A program made the translations under genes and the position numbers. A stretch of DNA of 64,000 bases from NCBI GenBank assembly GCA_963797095.1, contig CAWCNY010000006.1, positions 128,001 to 192,000 on the forward strand. Reading direction: 5' to 3'. The notes beneath the pieces are model-generated. The model was not told the origin of the DNA, searched no databases, and worked only from the letters and a program-made list of their open reading frames with translations. Of this stretch, positions 58,113 through 64,000 are shown piece by piece. Numbering within the stretch: position 1 is the first letter of the stretch; each line of letters opens with the position of its first letter. This DNA is from an uncultured Chloroflexia bacterium. GTDB taxonomy: Bacteria > Chloroflexota > Chloroflexia > QHBQ01 > JADMIH01.

Positions 58113-59027
58113 ATGCGCGTAACTCTTTATACAGAGCCGAATTGCCCGGAGTGCGACGAGGTCCGTCTGCTTCTCAACCAGTTGGCCGGAAAGCATGATC
58201 TGGCTGTCACCGAAGTGTCTGCCGGCCCTGACGGGGTACACCCACCTGTGGTGCAGGTGGAGGATGTGCGGGTTGGGCGGCTGGTAAGCCCCATAACGGA
58301 ACCTGAGCTGCACGCTTACCTTCATGTGGCGGAGGTTGCCGTGAAGGATGGTGCATTTCCGTATGTACCCGCGGCCCCCGGTTCCGGCTCGATATTATCG
58401 GTGTACCAGGAGACAACTCTTGATAGAGTGGCGCGTTTTCTTGGCCGCAACTGGCTGAAGTTCATGGCGGTAGGGCTTGGCATCTTTTCGATACTGCCCT
58501 GGCTCGCGCCTATATTCGCGGCGCTTGGGTGGTGGGGTGTCGCCGACCCGATCTATACAGTGTATGCGATCCAGTGCCACCAACTTCCCGAGCGCGAGGC
58601 GCACATTTTTGGGTATGAGGTGTGCCAGTGCTGGCGGTGCAACGCCCTGTATGGCGGGATGTTTATCTTCTCGCTTGTATTTATGGGCACGCGCAACAAA
58701 GATTTGGCGCTGTTCAAATGGATGAAGAAGCCGCTCCCCGCGTGGGTCTTCATACTGTTCCTGGTGCCGATGGCAATCGACGGTTTTACGCACATGTTTG
58801 GACTGCGCGAGCCGTCCGACCCCGGCGTGCCTGCTGTGTTCGGGTCTTTTCTGATAGGCTCGCAGATGTTTTCGCTCAACTGGATCCTCAGGATCGTGAC
58901 GGGCTTGTTGGCCGCTGTGGCCTCGATATGGTTCAGCTTGCCCCGTATGCAGAGGGCGATGGACGAGGCCGAAGCGTTGAGGACCATGTACCTGAGGTCA
59001 TCTGTTATGCGTCAAAGTCAAACGTGA
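58113..59027 (+). CDS. Glutaredoxin-like (CPEC) domain fused to a DUF2085 membrane domain
   Basis: VTLYTEPNCPEC, CHQLPER...CQCWRC, PMAIDG and RIVTG. Confidence 0.85.
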   Translation: MRVTLYTEPNCPECDEVRLLLNQLAGKHDLAVTEVSAGPDGVHPPVVQVEDVRVGRLVSPITEPELHAYLHVAEVAVKDGAFPYVPAAPGSGSILSVYQETTLDRVARFLGRNWLKFMAVGLGIFSILPWLAPIFAALGWWGVADPIYTVYAIQCHQLPEREAHIFGYEVCQCWRCNALYGGMFIFSLVFMGTRNKDLALFKWMKKPLPAWVFILFLVPMAIDGFTHMFGLREPSDPGVPAVFGSFLIGSQMFSLNWILRIVTGLLAAVASIWFSLPRMQRAMDEAEALRTMYLRSSVMRQSQT

Positions 59028-59103
59028 TGCCTGGGGACTAATGACGAGTGACTAGTGACGAGTGGGCAATAGTCATGTGTCACGTAACATGTGAAGGGTG
59101 CTT

Positions 59104-59679
59104 ATGGGGATCAACTGGGAGCTTGACCACAAATACGCATTTGAGCGCGCTCGGTTGGAGCGGCGCGATTTGCTGGTGGATTTCAGTAAGAATCCTTGAG
59201 CGGGCTGCGACCGCCTGGATGCCGTGACGTATCCTGACCCCGAGGTGGCTTCTAATATTGAGGCTAATTTCCTCCCTGTCAAGGTCTACATTAATAACCG
59301 GGACGATTGGGCTCTGTTTCGTGCCCATCATGTTATCTGGACACCCACAATCGGGTTTATGGACCGCAACGGGGCGTTGCATCACCAATCGGTTGGGTAT
59401 CTGCCTGCGGGCGAGTTTCTTACCACGCTACGGATCGGGAAGGCGCGTTGTTTGATGGCGTGGACTCGGCTCAACGAGGCGGTCAATGAGTTGGAGGCGG
59501 CAGCCGCCACAGGCGATGCACTGGCTCCTGAGGCGCTGTACTGGCTTGGGATAACGCATTACCTGGCCCGCAGGGAGACCACAGGGATGTGGGATGCGTG
59601 GGAGCGCCTGCAAGCCCGGTATCCTGATAGCGTGTGGGCCAAACGGATCTATCCGCGCTATCCGGGGCCGGGCATTTGA
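59104..59679 (+). CDS. Putative selenoprotein: thioredoxin fold (UxxC) plus TPR-like helices
   Basis: ATG at 59104 gives MGINWELD...LLVDFSKNP-TGA(59197)-AGC-DRLDAVTYPD, in frame with the downstream ORF; WTPT cis-Pro loop and APEALYWLG. Confidence 0.85.
59200..59234 (+). promoter_or_regulatory. Candidate bacterial SECIS element
   Basis: Hairpin GGATGC-CGTGAC-GTATCC begins 17 nt after the UGA and has G at loop position 2. Confidence 0.55.
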
Positions 59680-59774
59680 GAGGGTGCGTAGACCAGTAGT
59701 TATGTTGCAGCGTGAACCAGGCTCCTTCGAGCGGTGTGTAGTCGGGTATTGCTATATTGAAGGAGCACTCAGCT

Positions 59775-60458
59775 ATGGAATTATCCAGGCACTTTCTGCC
59801 CCGCCCTCCGATGGAGCTTGATGCTGTGACGGTTGCAGCATTTGAACTGCTGTACAATGACATCCTTGTGCATGGTCAGGGCGAGCCAATCCGGTATGAC
59901 TTAGCCGCGCCGAAGTGGCAGTTCCTTTCCTATCTGACAGATACCAAAGAGATTCTTATGCATGGGTCGGGTAATGCAGATATTGAGGAGTTTGAGCCGC
60001 GCAAATCGGATGACTCTACCGAGTTCGGCAATCGGCGCGCTGTATATGCCAGCTCGGATGCTATCTGGGCGATGTTCTTTGCTGTTGTCGATAGACACAG
60101 CAGGCCGACTGCTACTATGAACGTGGCGTTTCGAGTAATGGAGACTGATGGCACAAAGGGTATGTCTTATTACTTCTTCTCGCTCGATAAGGACGCACTC
60201 GCGCTGAGGCCCTGGTGGGAGGGCACCATGTATATCTTGCCGCGCGATAGCTTTGAGCAGGAAGCGCCTGAGCTATACCAGGGGGTAATGCTGGAAAGCG
60301 CGCACTGGGCCAGCCTGGTGCCTGTGAAGCCGGTGGGGAAACTGTTGGTGGAACCGGAAGATTTCCCTTTCCTTAATAGGATCGTGCCGCACGACCAGGC
60401 GCTTATTAATGAGCGGGCTAAGAAGGACCCCGAAGGGTTTCCGTGGCTGGATGATTAG
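59775..60458 (+). CDS. Hypothetical protein, possible ADP-ribosyltransferase-like fold
   Basis: LMHGSG...FEPR...AVYASS motifs; AGGAG RBS. Confidence 0.75.
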   Translation: MELSRHFLPRPPMELDAVTVAAFELLYNDILVHGQGEPIRYDLAAPKWQFLSYLTDTKEILMHGSGNADIEEFEPRKSDDSTEFGNRRAVYASSDAIWAMFFAVVDRHSRPTATMNVAFRVMETDGTKGMSYYFFSLDKDALALRPWWEGTMYILPRDSFEQEAPELYQGVMLESAHWASLVPVKPVGKLLVEPEDFPFLNRIVPHDQALINERAKKDPEGFPWLDD

Positions 60459-60487
60459 AGGGGCGGGATGTGGGTAGGGATTGAGGC

Positions 60488-61204
60488 TCAGTCTCTGACC
60501 CATATTTTGGCGGCGAGATCTTCGGGTAGGGTTACAGTTCGTTCTTGATGGGCGTGGTCGCCCCTTGGGGTGATGTGTACGTCGAGGGTGCGGTCCTGCT
60601 GGTTCTGGGAGAGGATGGATAGCTTCGCGCCGGGCATGATGTCCATCTCGCCTAGCTGGGTGAGGATGGCGGTTTCGTCCTCGACCACCTCGGAGATGAG
60701 GAGCACCTTCATCTGTTTGCCTTCGGGGACCGCGTTGAGGCGGGCGGCTTTTTGCTCGCGCAGATACTCGGTGGTGTTGAAGTTGCCGACCGGGATGGGG
60801 TTGCCGTGGGGACAGGTGCGCGGGTTTTTGAGGAGCAGCATGAGGTGGGCCTCTATCTCGGCGGACATGCCGCGCTCCATGTTGTGGGCTTCTTCGTGGG
60901 CTTTGACCCAATCCATACCGAGGACATCGACCAGAAAGCGCTCGGCGAGGCGATGCTGGCGCAGGAGAACCTCGGCTTCGGACTTGCCCTGGTCGGTAAG
61001 CTCTATGCCCTCGCCCTGGCGGCCCCGGCCCCGGCCCGGCATCCTGATCAGGCCGTCCTTTCGCATGCGGTCGAGGGTCTGGGCGACGTTGGCCGGGGAG
61101 ACGCCGAACTTCTCGGCGAGGCGGGCACCCACTACGGGGTCGCCCTCCATTGTGAGGTTGTAGATGGTTTCCAGGTATTCGCGTGTTACGGGTGTAGTGG
61201 ACAT
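60488..61204 (-). CDS. DtxR/MntR family metal-dependent repressor with a FeoA domain
   Basis: EYLETIY, RQHRLAERFL, AHEEAHNME, TCPHGNPIP and a FeoA/SH3 tail. Confidence 0.95.
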   Translation of the reverse strand: MSTTPVTREYLETIYNLTMEGDPVVGARLAEKFGVSPANVAQTLDRMRKDGLIRMPGRGRGRQGEGIELTDQGKSEAEVLLRQHRLAERFLVDVLGMDWVKAHEEAHNMERGMSAEIEAHLMLLLKNPRTCPHGNPIPVGNFNTTEYLREQKAARLNAVPEGKQMKVLLISEVVEDETAILTQLGEMDIMPGAKLSILSQNQQDRTLDVHITPRGDHAHQERTVTLPEDLAAKIWVRD

Positions 61205-61267
61205 CGAGGTGTCCTTTCGTGCCGTTTGTGCCGGCAATGTTGCAGCCTTTATGTGTAGAGCAGTGCC

Positions 61268-61296
61268 AGTATAGCCTGCGTGGATACCCTTGTCAA
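61268..61296 (-). promoter_or_regulatory. Near-consensus sigma70 promoter of the DtxR/MntR gene
   Basis: Minus strand TTGACA-17 bp-TATACT. Confidence 0.8.
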
Positions 61297-61541
61297 AAGG
61301 GTAGGAGCGGATTCGAGGGCGTGTAGGATGTAGACTTTCGGGTGTACAAGTGCGTATTTTTGTGGGATTTCGGGGTCTCCGGTTGTCAGGTGGTTGGACT
61401 TGCCCCCGTATACTATGAGGCATTGGTAGGGCAAAACTGGACAGGTTTTGGGGTGTACTTTGGTACAGTCTTTTTAGTGCGGAATGCGGAATGCAGAGTG
61501 CGGAGTGGTGGGGTTGGCGGTGGTATTGGGAAGGAGGGTGA

Positions 61542-62351
61542 TTGATGGTTGGTGTTGATTATTTGGAAGTTCATAGGCGCGAGCGGGTGGATTTGCTGGA
61601 GCGGGCGATTGGTTTGCTTGAGGGCGATGATAGGATCGATGCGGCCTGGCTGCATGGCTCTATGGGGAGGGGAACGGAGGACGATTGGAGCGATATTGAC
61701 CTGTGGATCGTGGTGGCAGATGAGGCATGGGATGCTGTGGCGGGGGAGCGGGGGGAGTTTGTGAAGCGGGTCGGGGAACTGCTGCTTGTTGTGGAAGCGC
61801 CGCAGAACGCGCCTCAGGGTGGGGCTTATTTGCTGGCGATGTATGCCGGTGTGCAGGGTCCGCATATCCTCGATTGTTCATGGCAGCCGCGGTCGCTGGC
61901 TAGGAGAGGGGCGGATACGCGGGTGTTGTTCGATAGGGTGGTGATCGTGGAGGCAGAGGGGAGGGCGGAACTCTCGGAGGAGGAGCGTTTGGAGGGGGCC
62001 AGGCACCAGGTGGGTTTCTTCTGGATGATGGTGGCGATTGTGGGGAAGTATATCGCGCGGCGGGAGGCGTGGGAGGTGCTGGGGCTGTTGCGGTTTGTTT
62101 GGTCGGTGGTCAGGGAGTTTGAGTGGCTGGTGGGTGAGAGAGAGGTGCGGCCAAGATTTCGAGATGCGCCATCGTTCGCGCCGCCTGTTGATGTTGATGG
62201 GCAACTGGCGGCTTTGCGGGAGTTGGTTGGTGAGGTGGAGGCGTTGGTTGGGCGAACTCCCGCTCTGCACGATGCGGTGACGGTACAAGCGGCTGCGCAG
62301 ATCTATACATATCTTGATATAGTGAAAGAGACTATCCGCACTTCAGCCTAG
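61542..62351 (+). CDS. Pol-beta-type nucleotidyltransferase (aminoglycoside/lincosamide NTase-like) with a helical C-terminal domain
   Basis: AWLHGSMGRG..DDWSDIDL, ILD third Asp, VLFDR and KYIARRE. Confidence 0.85.
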   Translation: MMVGVDYLEVHRRERVDLLERAIGLLEGDDRIDAAWLHGSMGRGTEDDWSDIDLWIVVADEAWDAVAGERGEFVKRVGELLLVVEAPQNAPQGGAYLLAMYAGVQGPHILDCSWQPRSLARRGADTRVLFDRVVIVEAEGRAELSEEERLEGARHQVGFFWMMVAIVGKYIARREAWEVLGLLRFVWSVVREFEWLVGEREVRPRFRDAPSFAPPVDVDGQLAALRELVGEVEALVGRTPALHDAVTVQAAAQIYTYLDIVKETIRTSA

Positions 62352-62383
62352 ACAGGCTGTTTGAGCGCTGAAAAGGTTCTATC

Positions 62384-62704
62384 CTAAAGTCTTGGCATGA
62401 GCTTCCAGAGTCCGCTCTTCCACTCTGGCATAGAGGCAATTGGTCTGTTCTGGCATAGAGGCAATTGGTCTGTTCTGGCATAGAGGCAATTGGTCTGTGC
62501 CCATCCCACCATAAAGTCCTCATTAGCATCGATCCAGATAATTGTTCGTATCTCTTCTATTTCCTTCGATGCTTTTGCGAAAAGCGTCTGTGCCTCTCTG
62601 TCCAACGAGAAGAGTGTTTCATCTGCCAGGATTGCAGCTTTAATGAGATGCATGTCTTCCTGTGCTTCCTGAAGTTGCCGTGCCCCTAAATTGCAAGCTT
62701 CTAG
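62384..62704 (-). pseudogene. 3' remnant of a gene interrupted by IS701 and disrupted by a 25-bp triplication
   Basis: An open frame runs from the CTAG junction (LEACNLGARQLQEAQEDMHLIK...). TCTGGCATAGAGGCAATTGGTCTGT x3 at 62424-62498. Confidence 0.6.
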
Positions 62705-64000
62705 TATTACAGTGACACTTAGGCAGCCATCATCTGCTTAGTTGAAGAGCTAAGAAGGGACACCACCTGAGGCCAAATGCCAGCCTTACGCCAGTCGTGA
62801 TAGCGAGAGTAGACCGTATGCCAGCCGCCAAAGTCAGCAGGTGTCTCTCGCCACGCCGCTCCCGTTGCCATCACCCACAAGATACCTGCCAGCAGTCGCC
62901 GTTCGGCGTCTACCTTGCGCCAGGGGCGTGGTTGGCGGGCTGGTAGCAAGGGTGCTATCTGCTCCCACAACTCATCTGTCAGTTCGCCGAGCCCCGGCAG
63001 CACGGGTGCCTGAAGGGTGCAAGACGCGTGTAAGGGCAGGGACAGGAGCAAGGTCAGGTATGTGTCCCTTGGCTCGACCACACCACACCATCTAGCTTGG
63101 CGGCGCTTGATATGGCACCGTTTGGCACTCGCCTGATGCTTGCGCCGCCAGTAAGACCAATGCTGCCTGTGCTCTCGTTCATATTCGGGTTCTGCAAGGG
63201 CATTGTGCAGGCGTCGTACTTCCGGTACGGTGAGGGGTAGTAGGTTGGCTGTATCCGCACTAGCCTCACTAAGAGTGCTAACAGCGGTACCTGAAGACGT
63301 ATTTGTCCGGATTACCATTAGATAGGCGTAGGCGAGCAAGGCCAGCGTCACGTGCCGGTACCACCCCGCCCATGTGCGCACTTGATAGTGGTCCAGCCCA
63401 ACCTCCCCTTTGGCCTGCTCAAAGCACGTTTCAATTACCCAGCGACGACCAGCTACTTGCACCAACTGCTCCAGGGTAGTCGTTGCGGGTGCATAAGCAT
63501 GGTAATATGCTCGTTCCGCAGGGCAGGTAAGGCTGCGACGAGCAACGAGCCAGTGCGCATGTCCCGGGCTGCTCTGGTATGGCAGTTGTAGCCACGTCCA
63601 CTCATACAAACGCTCACCCTGACTACCCTCCCCTGCCGACAGGGGCACCCAGGCGTCCTCGGCCACCTGTCCCACCAAGTCGGCCCTTCTACCGATTGCC
63701 CCTGTGTCCAGATAGGAGTGTTGGATAGTATAGCCAGCACATACCACAGCCCATGCGTCTCCAACCACAGGCGCAATTCGGTAGTGCTGTAAACCGTGTC
63801 GGCAGCAACCCAACGGGCTGGAATCTGCGCACCGAGAGCACGCCCCAGCATATGCTGAGCAAGGGAGGGCTTGGAGGCAAAGGCATGATCCTCGGGCACC
63901 TTCGCACGCCGGCATCTGGCCGGGTCTTGCGTCCATTCTTCGGGCAGGTACAGGGCACGATCAATCAGGGCTGCACCACGAGGCGAGGCATAGGCCAGAA
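62701..64000 (-). mobile_element. IS701-family insertion sequence (downstream end at about 62701-62718; runs off the window)
   Basis: End GTGTCACTGTAATA-CTAG, consistent with IS701 CTAG/nTAG targets, plus an IS701 transposase. Confidence 0.85.
62719..64000 (-). pseudogene. IS701 transposase, frameshifted at about 63690, with a C-terminal IS5-type (DUF4096-like) domain
   Basis: IDRALYLPEEW, FASKP and WVAADTVY in one frame; GERLYEW, RWVIETCFEQAKGEVGLDHYQVRTWAGWYRH and ELTDELWEQIAPLLP...GILWVMATGAAWR in the next. Confidence 0.88.

Noticed and set aside
61205-61267. Mn-sensing yybP-ykoY riboswitch ahead of the DtxR/MntR gene
   Set aside because: The leader is only about 55 nt and lacks the conserved GGGGAGTA and four-way-junction features.
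60488-61423. Extended N-termini given by the ORF track (also 8521, 21787, 24873, 55964)
   Set aside because: The extensions cross promoters, repeats or neighbouring genes; downstream starts with RBS or overlap coupling fit better.
61542-62351. Nucleotidyltransferase as an MNT-HEPN toxin-antitoxin or CBASS component
   Set aside because: No adjacent HEPN or effector gene; the architecture fits stand-alone antibiotic-NTase-like proteins.

Overview
This is a GC-rich chromosomal window, most likely from a Chloroflexota (Chloroflexia-like) bacterium, judging from the Cys-decorated SLH repeats, the 'YFERAVxExHPEN' repeats and the abundant heptamer and REP-type repeats. Housekeeping content includes a P-type ATPase (partial), an unusually large SecA (1541 aa), a CPA1 Na+/H+ antiporter, an S41 protease, gpsA, thrC, lysA, a suf cluster that lacks sufB, smpB with tmRNA, tRNA-Val(CAC), an Lrp regulator, a frameshifted ada, a DtxR/MntR regulator and three SLH-anchored surface proteins. 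An IS701 element that interrupts a gene runs off the right edge. The most notable items are: (1) a tightly coupled seven-gene operon (40950-48689) that pairs a GlmL-like actin-fold ATPase and a barrel-sandwich/KOW protein with several membrane and DUF6754-like proteins, with no glutamate mutase genes in the window; (2) an unannotated selenoprotein candidate (thioredoxin-fold UxxC plus TPR, 59104-59679) with a SECIS-like hairpin; (3) a signal-peptide-bearing ORF upstream of secA that resembles a SecM-like secretion monitor; (4) an unannotated 44-aa membrane peptide; (5) several dispersed repeat or MITE families. All family assignments come from motif recognition by eye, with no database searches.
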